From positions 33,013 to 97,012 of the forward strand of contig JAVJWO010000192.1 in the NCBI GenBank assembly GCA_040222015.1: a DNA stretch of 64,000 nucleotides, written 5' to 3'. Positions 1 through 10,797 of this stretch are shown here, one piece after another. The translations under genes were made by a program, and so were the position numbers. Within the stretch, counting starts at the first letter, position 1, and each line of letters starts with the position of its first letter. Below the pieces are notes generated by a model. The model was not told the origin of the DNA. It saw only the letters and a list, made by a program, of their open reading frames with translations, and ran no database searches. The DNA comes from Coleofasciculus chthonoplastes F2-STO-03 (lineage in GTDB: Bacteria > Cyanobacteriota > Cyanobacteriia > Cyanobacteriales > Coleofasciculaceae).

Positions 1-1796
1 CCAATGAGCTGATCATTACCGTTTCCCCCTAGAAGAACGTCATCATTTTCTCCGCCCAGAATTCTGTCACTACCATCTCCACCGATGAGGGTATCATTGC
101 CATCGCCACCAACAAGACCATCATTCCCTGTACCGCCATCAATGCGATCATTACCTGCTTCACCGTAGAGGGTATCGTTGCTTCCTCGTCCTTCCAGTCG
201 ATTGTTGCCAGCATTACCAATGATGGTATTGCGGAGGTCATTACCGATGCCATTAATGTTATTGGTTCCAGTTAGGGTAAGCTTTTCAACATGGTTGGGC
301 AAGAAATAGGTTAAGTGGGAAAATACTAGATCTGTGCCTTCCCCACTGTTTTCCTCAACCCGATCACTGGTATTTCCCAGAATGTATGTGTCATTACCAG
401 CACCACCCCTGAGAGTATTAACTCCTGAACCTGCATCAAGGCGGTCATTTCCGTTACCGCCTTCTAGTATATCGTTGCCTCCAAAACCATAAAGTTCGTC
501 ATCGCCATCTAACCCTTGTAAAGTGTTAGAGTTGTTATTACCAATAAGAACATTCCTGAGATTATTGCCCGTGCCATTGATATTGCTTGCTCCAATCAGT
601 GTCAGATCTTCTAGGTTATTGGGCAAGATATAGGTAGCAGTCGAAAAAACTCTATCGTTACCCTCTCCAACATTTTCAATAATTATATCATTAGGACTAT
701 CAACAATATACCGATCACTCCCCAATCCACCAATTAAACTATCATCCCCTAAACCTCCGTCAAGTAAATCACCGTTGTCACCACCTTCTAAGGTATCTGC
801 TCCTGCCAAACCATACAGGTAATCAGCACCACCTAGACCTTGTAAGATGTTGTTGTTACTATTTCCTTCCAGAAAATTACTGAGTGCGTTGCCTGTGCCG
901 TTAATGGCAAGGCTTCCAGTTAGGATCAGATTCTCTAGGTTAGATCCCAAGATATAGTTAATAGAAGAAAAAACGGCATCAAGACCTTCCCCAGGATTTT
1001 CTTCAACTAGGTCATTGTCACTATCAACTACATAAGTGTCATTCCCTAAACCACCTCTGAGATTGTCATCTCCTGCTCCTCCGTCTAAGCGATCATCACC
1101 CTCACCGCCGTTGAGATTATCATCACCTGCTAATCCTTGTAAAGTATTGTTGCCGTTATTGCCTGTAATGGTGTTGGTGAGGTCATTTCCTGTACCGTTA
1201 GTATGGTTGGTTCCAGTTAAGAGCAATTGTTCTACATTAGCAGCCAGGGTATAGCTAACGGAAGCCTCAATTGTATCGATACCTTCATCGAGACGTTCGG
1301 AAACTCTATCATTAGGATTATCAACAATGTAGAAGTCATCACCCAGACCCCCCACAAGTCCATCGCTACCTAAACCGCCGTCGAGGGTATCATCGCCTCC
1401 AAGTCCATAGATCACATCATTGCCTGCCAATCCTTCTAGCAGATTATTTTCACCATTACCTATGATGGTATTTCTGAGGTTATTCCCTGTGCCGTTAATC
1501 GCTGTTCCGGTTAAAGTGAGTTTATCGACATCATTACCCAAAATATAGTCAATGGATGAACGGACTTCATCAACACCCTCTCCTGGATTTTCTATAACTT
1601 CGTCATCTGGATCATCAACGATGTAAATATCATTACCCAAACCACCCCTCATTTGGTCAGCACCTAAGCCACCATCCAGCACATCGTTACCATCCAATCC
1701 GCTGAGAATATCGTTCCCAGCTAAACCGAATAATAAATCATTAGCAGTCGTTCCGTCTAAAATGTCTGGCAGATTAGAACCAATTTTTGTCGCCAT
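1..1796 (-). CDS. RTX/hemolysin-type calcium-binding repeat surface protein (3' end runs off the window)
   Basis: Translated by hand from the ATG at 1796: MATKIGSNLPDILDGTTANDLLFGLAGNDILSGLDGNDVLDGGLGADQMRGGFGNDIYIVD... with many GGxGxDxL nonapeptides. It is absent from the ORF track, consistent with having no stop inside the window. Confidence 0.9.
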   Translation of the reverse strand, partial: MATKIGSNLPDILDGTTANDLLFGLAGNDILSGLDGNDVLDGGLGADQMRGGLGNDIYIVDDPDDEVIENPGEGVDEVRSSIDYILGNDVDKLTLTGTAINGTGNNLRNTIIGNGENNLLEGLAGNDVIYGLGGDDTLDGGLGSDGLVGGLGDDFYIVDNPNDRVSERLDEGIDTIEASVSYTLAANVEQLLLTGTNHTNGTGNDLTNTITGNNGNNTLQGLAGDDNLNGGEGDDRLDGGAGDDNLRGGLGNDTYVVDSDNDLVEENPGEGLDAVFSSINYILGSNLENLILTGSLAINGTGNALSNFLEGNSNNNILQGLGGADYLYGLAGADTLEGGDNGDLLDGGLGDDSLIGGLGSDRYIVDSPNDIIIENVGEGNDRVFSTATYILPNNLEDLTLIGASNINGTGNNLRNVLIGNNNSNTLQGLDGDDELYGFGGNDILEGGNGNDRLDAGSGVNTLRGGAGNDTYILGNTSDRVEENSGEGTDLVFSHLTYFLPNHVEKLTLTGTNNINGIGNDLRNTIIGNAGNNRLEGRGSNDTLYGEAGNDRIDGGTGNDGLVGGDGNDTLIGGDGSDRILGGENDDVLLGGNGNDQLI

Positions 1797-2011
1797 AATC
1801 GTTACCTATTAATATAAATGAACATTCAGTAAATACACTGAGAGAAGTTGCCACCACTAGTTGTCGATCTTGATGGGAGGTTTGTTTAATTCTAAAAAAC
1901 CTAAAAATTATTATCAACCATAATAGATTAGCAATTTTATGGTTTTTTGGCTCAAAATTAATTTATTATTTACATTAATTAAATAATCTTCATGAAATCA
2001 ATCCTATTTAT

Positions 2012-3004
2012 TTAATTAATTAAAAATAAGTTAATTTTCTTAAAGGATATAGTTTTCATATTTCTTTTAAACTGAGCTAATCTTTCGGCAAAAGAAAAGC
2101 CAAATAATCTATAAATAAAAATATAATTATTGGATATATTTGGATTAACTATCTCGAAATAATTATATCTTGAAGTTATTTCCTCAATAATAACATTTGC
2201 CCATTTGGGATTAAACAGCCAAATCAGTCTAGCACACTCAAAACGAGCTTGATTTATAGCATCCTGTCGCAACTGGCTTAGTTCATTTCTTGCTTCAAGG
2301 TATTGCTCAATTTTATCTTTAATTTCTAACCTCCGACGATATGTTTCTGAAGGATCTTTTCGACATACTGTTAACTCACTCCAAGCTCTGTATACCGCTC
2401 CTGGTGTATCAAAATATTTAAAGTGTTTTTCTGCCATCAGTAAACGCAAATACAACTCATTTTCTTGGCAACAGTTTTGGTGTTCATTCCATCCCCCCAC
2501 ATCTACAATAGCTTCTTTCCGCCAGAGAGAGCCTCCAGTTTGAGGCAGATGCCATCTAGCAAGTAAAATCCAGGGATCATGAGGCGGAGGTTCAGGAATT
2601 TGATCTACCTTTTGCCAAGAATGATTATCCTGATGATATTCTACAATAACTGGGCTGTAAATGACATCTGCATCAGCAACTTCCCCTAAAAACTGGATCT
2701 GTTTTTCCACTTTGTCTGGTAAGAGATAATCATCAGCGTCTAAATACTGTAGCCATTCGCCAGTACTAAGCTCCAAAAGTCTGTTCCTGGCTGCATTTCC
2801 ACCACGATTTAAACCCGTCTCCCAACGGATGCGATCACTAAAAGTTTTGATAATCTCTAAACTACCATCAGTTGAACCATCATCAACTACAATTACCTCT
2901 TTGTGAGGATAGGTTTGATTCAATGCGCTTTCTATTGCCTCGGCAATCCATTGCTCGGCATTATAACAAGGAATTAGAATACTAACTATAGGGTGGCTTA
3001 ACAT
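2012..3004 (-). CDS. GT2 family glycosyltransferase
   Basis: VSILIPCYN, VVDDGSTD and YLDADD motifs. Confidence 0.9.
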   Translation of the reverse strand: MLSHPIVSILIPCYNAEQWIAEAIESALNQTYPHKEVIVVDDGSTDGSLEIIKTFSDRIRWETGLNRGGNAARNRLLELSTGEWLQYLDADDYLLPDKVEKQIQFLGEVADADVIYSPVIVEYHQDNHSWQKVDQIPEPPPHDPWILLARWHLPQTGGSLWRKEAIVDVGGWNEHQNCCQENELYLRLLMAEKHFKYFDTPGAVYRAWSELTVCRKDPSETYRRRLEIKDKIEQYLEARNELSQLRQDAINQARFECARLIWLFNPKWANVIIEEITSRYNYFEIVNPNISNNYIFIYRLFGFSFAERLAQFKRNMKTISFKKINLFLIN

Positions 3005-3025
3005 ATATTTATAACTCTGAAAGAA

Positions 3026-4500
3026 CTAGATAGATCCAATTATTTTATCCAATAAATTATTCAAAAACAACTTGTCATTAATAATTAAATATAGTATTTT
3101 CTTATTCTTTTCTTTTTGTTCAACAGAGTTTATTAGAAATAAATTGCACAAATATTTTAACAATTTCTTGTATCTTAGAATACCTGTAAAATGTAGTGCA
3201 TGAAATGGAATGTCCAGCAAATCTGACCAGGCTATTTCACAAACATCTTTTGCTATTAATTTTTTTTTTTTTTCTTATAAGAAATTGGTAGATTTAACAT
3301 TAATTCAAAAAGCATTCTAGAATTCATGGGATAGAGGCTAAATTTTGAAATTTGATCGCATGAGTACATTACTCTACCCATGCAGCATCCCAACCTCTGT
3401 TCAATATACATTAAATCAAGAATTGAAAAAATATTCAACTCGGGCAATTCTAAGAGCCAACTACTTAACTCTTGAATAAGAATTGGATGAACTTCCTTGT
3501 AGTTAAGGCGGATAAGTAGATCTTGAGGATGAATTGATTTAGTCTTATCGTCTTGATCTTGCCAATAAAAAGCTCGTCCTACTTCTCCAGCAAAACCTGT
3601 TAGAAGAACCCGATCTATATAGTTAGGAGGATTGACAACATAGTTTAAGTCAAAAATTTCTGCTAAAGTTTTAGAAATGACAATATCAGGTTGATTTGTA
3701 TTGTTATTATAGGATGTACTAAACAAAATACTATCTACTAAATTGCGGGAACAAGCTAATAGCATTCGTGTATCTTTTCCCGATGTTAAGTTTAAATGCA
3801 GTGGATAATGTTTGGCTATCGCATTAATATGATTTGTGATAATCGCAACAATTTGTCTGATTGTATTATTATTATTTTTGAAGTTACTACTAACTTGCTG
3901 GATATCTTTTTGAGGCCAGTGACGTTTAACGTGCCAGTTTTGTAAATCAATATAATGATTAGGCAAAAGTACTTTTACTTGCTTCAGAGGCGTTAAACTA
4001 CAGGGATACCAATTTCCGCTGCTAGCCATCGCCTGTTTTATGATTTTTAGAGTTGATTCATCATGACGAGTAATTTTTTTCTCTAAAAGATTAGGTGTTG
4101 AAGCGATGACTGGACGATCTAAAGAATAAACTGCTGATAAAGAACCAGATGCATCTAAATATAATCTTTTTATTTCATTAGTGAGAATGATCACTAAAAA
4201 TCTACCACCTATTTTATTAAGCATTGACTCAATTAAATCAGTGTTTATTCCTTTAGAGAGTCTGGTATCTAAGTATAAATGCTCGAAAAGTAAATTACTT
4301 TTTTGGGTCTCGATAGGATAGCCTAATATCCAGCCTAAGTGTTGATCATCTTGGTCTAATATAGGTAGCACAGGTAAGGACGGATGAGATGAAAGTAGCC
4401 AAGAATATTTTTCCTGTATATTCCATCCATCTACAATAAATTCTGCATTTTGAGTTAGGATAAACTGTCCTTTTGAAGAATTAAGATAATTATTAATCAT
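3026..4500 (-). pseudogene. Hypothetical glycan-locus protein (loosely asparagine-synthase-like), frameshifted at an A14 run
   Basis: The 414-aa ORF ends YKKKKKN* at the T14 run 3260-3273. A second frame continues LIAKDVCEIAWSDLLDIPFH... into ORF 3026-3220. LTSGKDTR resembles an SGxDS-type motif. Confidence 0.65.
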
Positions 4501-4598
4501 TATTTACCGATCGAAAATTGTTTCACTAAATATCCTTTACAAATATATTTTACCTTAAATAAGTTCATTATTCAAATTCAGAAGTAGGATTAGGATGA

Positions 4599-5525
4599 TT
4601 ACAGATTCCACAACAAGTCATCTTGAACCTTGAAATCCTGAATTTTAGGTAAGTGGGAAGGATCATAAATGTGATACAAAGGAGTTTCTCCATAAAATGA
4701 TGCCCAAAGAGAAAAAGTACTCGGTGGACCTATGATATAGTCGCATTTTGATAATAAATATATGTCTTCAATTAAATGTCCAGAACCAAACACAATATCT
4801 TTAGTATTGTTGAATTGTTCTTTTTGCGGCACATCAGAACACACTATAAATAATATTTTTTTTGATTCCAAAACTGAATAAATGCTTTGTATTATTTCCT
4901 TGTAAATTGCTGTTGTATAAAAAAAGCGACCACTGTGCCATCTTTTATAATCACCTTGTCGTATGTGAATTCCTACGATATAGTCATATTTTTTATTAAG
5001 TTTATTAAGCCAATCTAGAAATTTTGTCACACGTTGCTGGTATATAGGCAAAGGAGAGAAGTATGATCTAATTTTAGCAGCATGCTTTATGACATTCGAT
5101 TCTGCGCGAAAATTCCAACCATTTAATACTCTAATTTTTTTAGATGTAAGTTGATCTAAAAAATCTCTTGATTCAAGGGAAAAACGATCTGACCAATCAA
5201 TGTTAATAAATTCAATATGGTGTTTATAGTAGTCACTAAAAATTCGATATTTATTCATTTTTTGTATTAATTTTCTAATTAAAAAAGCAGTTCTTCCTCT
5301 AAGCATCATCTTTTTAGAAATTGGAAAGTAAACTAACGAGTAAGGATAGCTACATAGTAAATTATTCTTAGTACCTATAAAAAATTCTGCATAATCATCA
5401 AAAGGTATATTAATCACCAAAAGATTATTCTCTATAGCACTAGCAATAACATGAGATGAAACAAGTAGACTATTTCCAAGTTGTCCAATTTTAGAGTTAA
5501 TAACTAGTATAGACCTAGGAAACAT
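4599..5525 (-). CDS. Alpha-1,2-fucosyltransferase-like protein (GT11)
   Basis: GQLGN, HIRQGDY and STFSLWASF motifs. Confidence 0.8.
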   Translation of the reverse strand: MFPRSILVINSKIGQLGNSLLVSSHVIASAIENNLLVINIPFDDYAEFFIGTKNNLLCSYPYSLVYFPISKKMMLRGRTAFLIRKLIQKMNKYRIFSDYYKHHIEFINIDWSDRFSLESRDFLDQLTSKKIRVLNGWNFRAESNVIKHAAKIRSYFSPLPIYQQRVTKFLDWLNKLNKKYDYIVGIHIRQGDYKRWHSGRFFYTTAIYKEIIQSIYSVLESKKILFIVCSDVPQKEQFNNTKDIVFGSGHLIEDIYLLSKCDYIIGPPSTFSLWASFYGETPLYHIYDPSHLPKIQDFKVQDDLLWNL

Positions 5526-5592
5526 GATGTTTATTGGTGCATTAATTAATATAGGGCGAATAAAGTTTAAATTTAAACTTTATTGATAAGTT

Positions 5593-6064
5593 TTATTGAT
5601 AAGTTTTTTTAAACCAAAAGCAACCACAACCATAAGTTTGTGTATCTGCAAGTTCGGGGTTGGCATGACGTATTAAACCACCATCGGCTAACTTGTCAGG
5701 TATAAGTGCAAACTCTTTTAAGTTGAGATCTAAAAAATAGTTAATTATTTGATTGTAAGAATAAATTCGGTGGGCATTAAAAATAACTTTTGGTTCTCCG
5801 ATAGGTACTACCAATAACAGGGACCCCCCAACTGCTAGTACTCTTTTGAGTTCTGTGATTGCTTTTAAATCTCCATCTGGATCTAGAGCTTCGCCATACC
5901 GTCCCAATCCGATATGTTCAACTACATGCATACAAGAAAGAGACCAAACACTAGCAGTGGCAAATGGCAATGCAAATATATCTGCTGATTCTACAGACAG
6001 ATTGTCTAAATCTAAATTGGGTAATCTATAGTCATAAAAATTGGTAGGTATAAATGCAGAAACT
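5593..6064 (-). pseudogene. DUF268-type SAM-methyltransferase-like gene, 5'-truncated by ISL3
   Basis: The frame VSAFIPTNFYDY...SLSCMHVVEHIGLGRYG...DGDLKAITELKRVL is open up to the IS end at 6065 and lacks the N-terminus. Confidence 0.8.
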
Positions 6065-7356
6065 GGTTCTTCGGTACTTATTATGCTAAACTATCAACTA
6101 AATGCCAAAACAATAAAGCTCTTTTTTTAAAGTTATAAAAATTGGTAAATCCAAAACCACAACGTTTTATTACCTTTAATCTATTGTTAATTCCTTCGAC
6201 GATGCCCTGGGTCGTTTTTTGCTCAAAATAGCCCACTATTTCCCCAAACCAGTTTTTGATTGTCTGAACTGTTTTGGGAAAAAATTTTTCAGCTTTTATC
6301 AGCCAGTCTCCTAATTTTATCGTCCCTTCTCCTACATTTTTACACTTTTCAAATATCTCCGTAAATTCTTCCTTGAGGGCGTGCATTATAGCTAGTTGAG
6401 GCGAAGTTTCTTTTATTTGATCTAATTTTTCTTTCTGTTTTTGTTTCAGGTCTTTTTCACTTCTTAGTAAAATATATTTCCCGCCCTTAAGACTAGAAAA
6501 AAGTTTCGATCTTGGTTCTATTCCCAGCTCTAAAGCTGTTCTCTTCTGGTCAATACGTCCTTGATTTAGTTCCTGATGTAACAACTTCGTTACATGAAAT
6601 CTATCCGCTGTTATCACCGCTTCTGGACAGAGTTTACGAAAGACACTTTTATACATTTTGTATAAATCCATGCTAACTTCTTCTATCTGTTCTAAAATTT
6701 CTGACCCCCAGGATTTTAACAATTCTTCAATCGCTTTTGATTTTCTCTCTGGAACTAAGCCGATTAATTTGCCTGTGTCTAAATCTACTAAAACTACTAT
6801 AAATTTTCCCTGTCCTTTGACTAAACTAATTTCATCTATTCCTAATCTTTTTAAAGACTTGAGATTAATCGGTAATTTTTTTTGACTAATTTGATTAATC
6901 ATTGATTCGACCTCAGATTCGGTTAAATTATTCCTTTGAGCTACATTGAGCAGATTGCTATTCACAACCTGTTCAGTAATCCATTGTGCATAGCGATCGG
7001 TATATTTTTTTCGTTTTCCCACAAAATTCAATTCCTCACTAAAGGGTTTTTGACAGTGATTACACTTAAATTGTCGGCGGTTAACTTTTAAAAATATTTC
7101 GGTTTCTCCCCAAGGTAAATCCTTAATTAAATGCCAATGATTTTGATGAAGACGATGGCTAGGTTTCTTACAAGTGGGACAAGCTGGCGTTTTAGATTGG
7201 GATTCAACTTCTAATACTAAGGCTTTTTCAAGGTTTTTTTTAGATTTGACTATGACGCCTTGCAAACCAAGAATTTGAGTAAGCTGTCTCTTCATTTGTC
7301 GAGCGTGTTTGTTAAGTTAGTAACTAACAGTTTAGCATAATAAGTCCTGAAGAACC
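6065..7356 (-). mobile_element. ISL3-family insertion sequence (1292 bp)
   Basis: Terminal inverted repeats GGTTCTTCGGTACTTATTATGCTAAACT (from 6065) and the reverse complement of 7329-7356 match at 26/28. No target-site duplication. Confidence 0.93.
6081..7295 (-). CDS. ISL3 family transposase
   Basis: CPxC/CxxC zinc finger, LGIDE, VSMD, DRFHV and EGINNRLKVIKRCGFGF motifs. Confidence 0.95.
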   Translation of the reverse strand: MKRQLTQILGLQGVIVKSKKNLEKALVLEVESQSKTPACPTCKKPSHRLHQNHWHLIKDLPWGETEIFLKVNRRQFKCNHCQKPFSEELNFVGKRKKYTDRYAQWITEQVVNSNLLNVAQRNNLTESEVESMINQISQKKLPINLKSLKRLGIDEISLVKGQGKFIVVLVDLDTGKLIGLVPERKSKAIEELLKSWGSEILEQIEEVSMDLYKMYKSVFRKLCPEAVITADRFHVTKLLHQELNQGRIDQKRTALELGIEPRSKLFSSLKGGKYILLRSEKDLKQKQKEKLDQIKETSPQLAIMHALKEEFTEIFEKCKNVGEGTIKLGDWLIKAEKFFPKTVQTIKNWFGEIVGYFEQKTTQGIVEGINNRLKVIKRCGFGFTNFYNFKKRALLFWHLVDSLA

Positions 7357-7843
7357 GTTTTTTATCTTCATCAAAGATCAAATCGAGAAAAGACTTGTAT
7401 AATTCTCCATTATCCGGCGAAAATAAAAAATTTGATATCAACTTTTCTTTGATTAAAGTCAACTCCTCATCCCAAAATAGTTTTTTGCCACATGCAGACA
7501 CATCTGCCTGACAATGTGTTAAAGCTTGAACTTGACATTCTATAGCTTTAGGTAAAAGTATATCATCACTATCGAGAAATTTAATATATTGACCTTCCGC
7601 TAATTTTAGTCCATGATTACGGGCAGCACATTGACCTTGATTTACTGTGTGTACAGCTTTTATATGGGGATTAATTTTTGAGTAGTTGTTTATTATATGC
7701 CAACTGTTATCAGTTGATCCATCATCGACAATGATAATTTCAAGATTTTGATAAGTCTGTTGAAGACAACCATCGAGAGTTGCGGGTAAATATTTTTCTC
7801 GGTTAAAACAAGGGATTATTAGAGACACTAAAGGTTCATTCAT
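7357..7843 (-). pseudogene. GT2 glycosyltransferase, 3'-truncated by ISL3
   Basis: VSLIIPCFN, DDGSTD and FLDSDD motifs. The last ~20 aa of the ORF (to 7292) are read from the IS end. Confidence 0.85.
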
Positions 7844-7865
7844 GTTACATGTTGTTTATTAAACG

Positions 7866-8834
7866 TTAAGGGAGATAGGATTGTATTTTTATTTTTCTAT
7901 TGGCGTATTTGCCAACTTTAGGAATAGCGATAATGTTTGTGTGCCAAGGGTAACTGTAAGTATTAGGATTAAGTAGAGGATATATAACTCCATATTCAAA
8001 TTCAGGAATAGGATTAGGATGACTCCTGTTCACATGATAAATATCAAATAAATCTAATGGAAGAAAATTTAAAATATCTTTTGGCTCAAAACTCAATCTG
8101 GATAGACCTAATTTATATATTTCAATAATAAATAGAGGGAGGGATGTTTTATCGAAGAGCAGATCACCTCCCTTTAATGCTAAAGGTTCAGCTCCCTCTA
8201 TATCCATCTTTACAAGAGCAACATCTTGAAATATTTTATGTTTTTCAATCAATTGGTTAATCGTAAAAGCTTTAACTGTCTTTTTTTGAAAAGCCTCTTT
8301 TTCTTTAGGGTTTATTCTTAAAGATTGCTTAACATCTACGCTGCCATCACGGCTCACCATAAAATCGACAAAACCATCTCGCTCAATTACACAACCTTGT
8401 TCTAAGGTAACTTGTCTTAAATTAAGTAAACGAACTGCCTTGTCCAAGTATTCAGAAGTTTTGGGTGATGCTTCCACAGCAATAATTTTTCCCTGACGAG
8501 AAACTTTATTAGCAAACAGTGCGGAGCAGTAACCTATATTAGCTCCTAGATCTAAACAATTATCATTTTTACATAGCCACGTTCCAGCAATTTTCAATTC
8601 AATATCTTCATACCATTCGTTTTGAAGATATAAATTAACTGAAGTATTGGATTCAGGGATGCAGATGAACTTGAACCCTGCCTTAGCTTTATATGAAAAA
8701 TTTTTGCCTTGTTGATAAGTAATTTTGTATTGCTTTAAATTTTTTTGAGTTTGCTTGTAAATAGCACTCCATGGGTTAGAGCTATTTCTAACTAAATATA
8801 AGGCTGACTTTAATTTTTTAGTTATTTTGTACAT
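7866..8834 (-). CDS. FkbM family methyltransferase
   Basis: LDLGANIG and KMDIEGAE motifs. Confidence 0.9.
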   Translation of the reverse strand: MYKITKKLKSALYLVRNSSNPWSAIYKQTQKNLKQYKITYQQGKNFSYKAKAGFKFICIPESNTSVNLYLQNEWYEDIELKIAGTWLCKNDNCLDLGANIGYCSALFANKVSRQGKIIAVEASPKTSEYLDKAVRLLNLRQVTLEQGCVIERDGFVDFMVSRDGSVDVKQSLRINPKEKEAFQKKTVKAFTINQLIEKHKIFQDVALVKMDIEGAEPLALKGGDLLFDKTSLPLFIIEIYKLGLSRLSFEPKDILNFLPLDLFDIYHVNRSHPNPIPEFEYGVIYPLLNPNTYSYPWHTNIIAIPKVGKYANRKIKIQSYLP

Positions 8835-8856
8835 TGCTATATACTATATCAATGGT

Positions 8857-9609
8857 TCATATTATGACAGAAAACTCTTTTTTAATTTGATTGCTCAAAG
8901 GTCTTATTCGTCGAAGTTTGCCCAGAAAATATCTGAATCCGTGCCATCTCCTAGTTTGATTATAAGCGCTATCATTATCTCCATGACCATAGACATAGAT
9001 AGCACCGGGAAATGGTAGAGGCATTAAAGGTGTTTCTAAAGCCTCTAACTTTTCTTCAATGATAGTATGACCATTCCGTAAAATAACACATTCATCAATC
9101 ATTCTATTATCTATATTTTGGGGGAATTTAATAAGTTTACTATTAACAATCGCGTTAGTGCCACAGTTAAAGTTATTGTCCCAATATATCCACTGACTAC
9201 CGTACTTATATCGATAGCCTTGCTTAAAAATCCAACCGTTGGCTTCTAGATTGGTGTTAGCATAGTGGGCTAATCTCCTGTTTACCAGATCATCCGCATC
9301 CATAATCATCACAAAATCGGGACATAATTCTCCTACTCTAATCATTCCCACAGCCAACTTTCTCCATTTATCTTGCATCGTCAGATTGGTATTTACTTGG
9401 GTGGGAGGTGGAAAGCCTACATTAATGATTTCCACTCGCTCATCATAGCTATGTTGTAATTTAGGAGTTTCATGACAAACCACAACAATCCTAAAGTCAG
9501 GATCAATTTGGTTATAAGCAGAACGGAGTGAGTTTTCAAAAATCCCTGAAACTCGTTCCCAATTTGTGGATATAGCCTTTGATTTGAGCGCCATTATAAA
9601 ACATAGCAA
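8857..9609 (-). CDS. GT-A fold glycosyltransferase-like protein
   Basis: MDADD (DxD) motif, NQIDPDFRIVVV segment and locus context. Confidence 0.7.
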   Translation of the reverse strand: MLCFIMALKSKAISTNWERVSGIFENSLRSAYNQIDPDFRIVVVCHETPKLQHSYDERVEIINVGFPPPTQVNTNLTMQDKWRKLAVGMIRVGELCPDFVMIMDADDLVNRRLAHYANTNLEANGWIFKQGYRYKYGSQWIYWDNNFNCGTNAIVNSKLIKFPQNIDNRMIDECVILRNGHTIIEEKLEALETPLMPLPFPGAIYVYGHGDNDSAYNQTRRWHGFRYFLGKLRRIRPLSNQIKKEFSVII

Positions 9610-9693
9610 GATTTATCTTCTCCTTTTATCTGATCATTAAAACTCAGTGTCAATTTTTTTTTGCTTTCTAGTGCTCAAGACAGAAAATTTTAT

Positions 9694-10797
9694 CTAGCAG
9701 CTAAGTGTTGCCTGGTAGAGCTTTGAGGTCTCTAGCCCTATTTTATTCCAATCAAGTCGATCACATGCTTGTTTCACTAACTTACTCAATTCTTCAAGAT
9801 TAACATAAATACTCTTCTTAAGCGCCTGTAGTAGCCCCTGCTCATCATTCGGATCGTACAACAGACTGTCCGCTGCTTCAAGAGTTTCTTGAATTCCCCC
9901 CAGCTTAGGAGCAATAATCGGTTTACTATAGGACATCGCAACAACCAAACTACTAGAAGTCAAGATGCTTTCAAAAGGTAGTACCACAATAGTTGCGGCA
10001 CTGAAAAATAGATGCATTCTGTCATCTTTCACAAACTCCGGATAAACGATAACTCCCTTGACTCCTGTCGTTAGGTGCGTTAGTTTCTTGCCGTATGCTG
10101 CATCTAGAGGTTTTCCTACAATCAGGAGGGTATCCCCTTCCAATATATCCGCCTTTTCAGCCCAAACTTTTAATAACTGTTCTATTCCTTTATAAGGTCT
10201 AAGCATGCCCTGATGGAGATAGATGCGTCCAGTGAGAGGTAACTTAAGTTTATCTCTTGCCAATTTCTCGTCAATCCGGGGACGGTAAACATTTCGATAA
10301 TGTCCAATTGGTATGACCGTAGCTTTGGTAATATCAAATCGATATTCCTGAGCGATCGCCTCTAAGGTTGAGTGATTATGTAAGATGATTCGATCCACCA
10401 ACTGCGCTAAAATACGTCTAGTCCAGAGATCTAATCTAGGAAACTTGGAATCATGGGAAATGCGATTGTGAACAGTCCACACTACCCTTACCCCAATCCA
10501 GCGAGTTATGAGGATATCGATTAAAAACTTAACACTGTAAACAAACTTTACCAGCCATCGATCACCCTTAGTATAGGGGCTGAGCCAGTGTAAATGCAAA
10601 ACATCGAAGGGTTGGGGACTAGTTTTAACTGCCCGAAATATAGGGAAAACTCGCCGATAACCCCAGGGAAAATACACCTGCACCCCATTTGACTCTAACG
10701 ATTGAGCTAAGAGCGTCTGGTAAGGATTATCGACCCGATAATCCGGCATCATTAATACTTGAATGGATCTATAGGGGACAGACTTCTCAGCACTCAC
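9694..10797 (-). CDS. GT4 family glycosyltransferase
   Basis: LHLHW, WTVHN, RPYKG and AMSYSKPII motifs. Confidence 0.88.
   Translation of the reverse strand: MSAEKSVPYRSIQVLMMPDYRVDNPYQTLLAQSLESNGVQVYFPWGYRRVFPIFRAVKTSPQPFDVLHLHWLSPYTKGDRWLVKFVYSVKFLIDILITRWIGVRVVWTVHNRISHDSKFPRLDLWTRRILAQLVDRIILHNHSTLEAIAQEYRFDITKATVIPIGHYRNVYRPRIDEKLARDKLKLPLTGRIYLHQGMLRPYKGIEQLLKVWAEKADILEGDTLLIVGKPLDAAYGKKLTHLTTGVKGVIVYPEFVKDDRMHLFFSAATIVVLPFESILTSSSLVVAMSYSKPIIAPKLGGIQETLEAADSLLYDPNDEQGLLQALKKSIYVNLEELSKLVKQACDRLDWNKIGLETSKLYQATLSC

Noticed and set aside
29..1254. Short ORFs 29-253 (-) and 1036-1254 (+)
   Set aside because: They are alternative-frame or antisense shadows of the long RTX gene.
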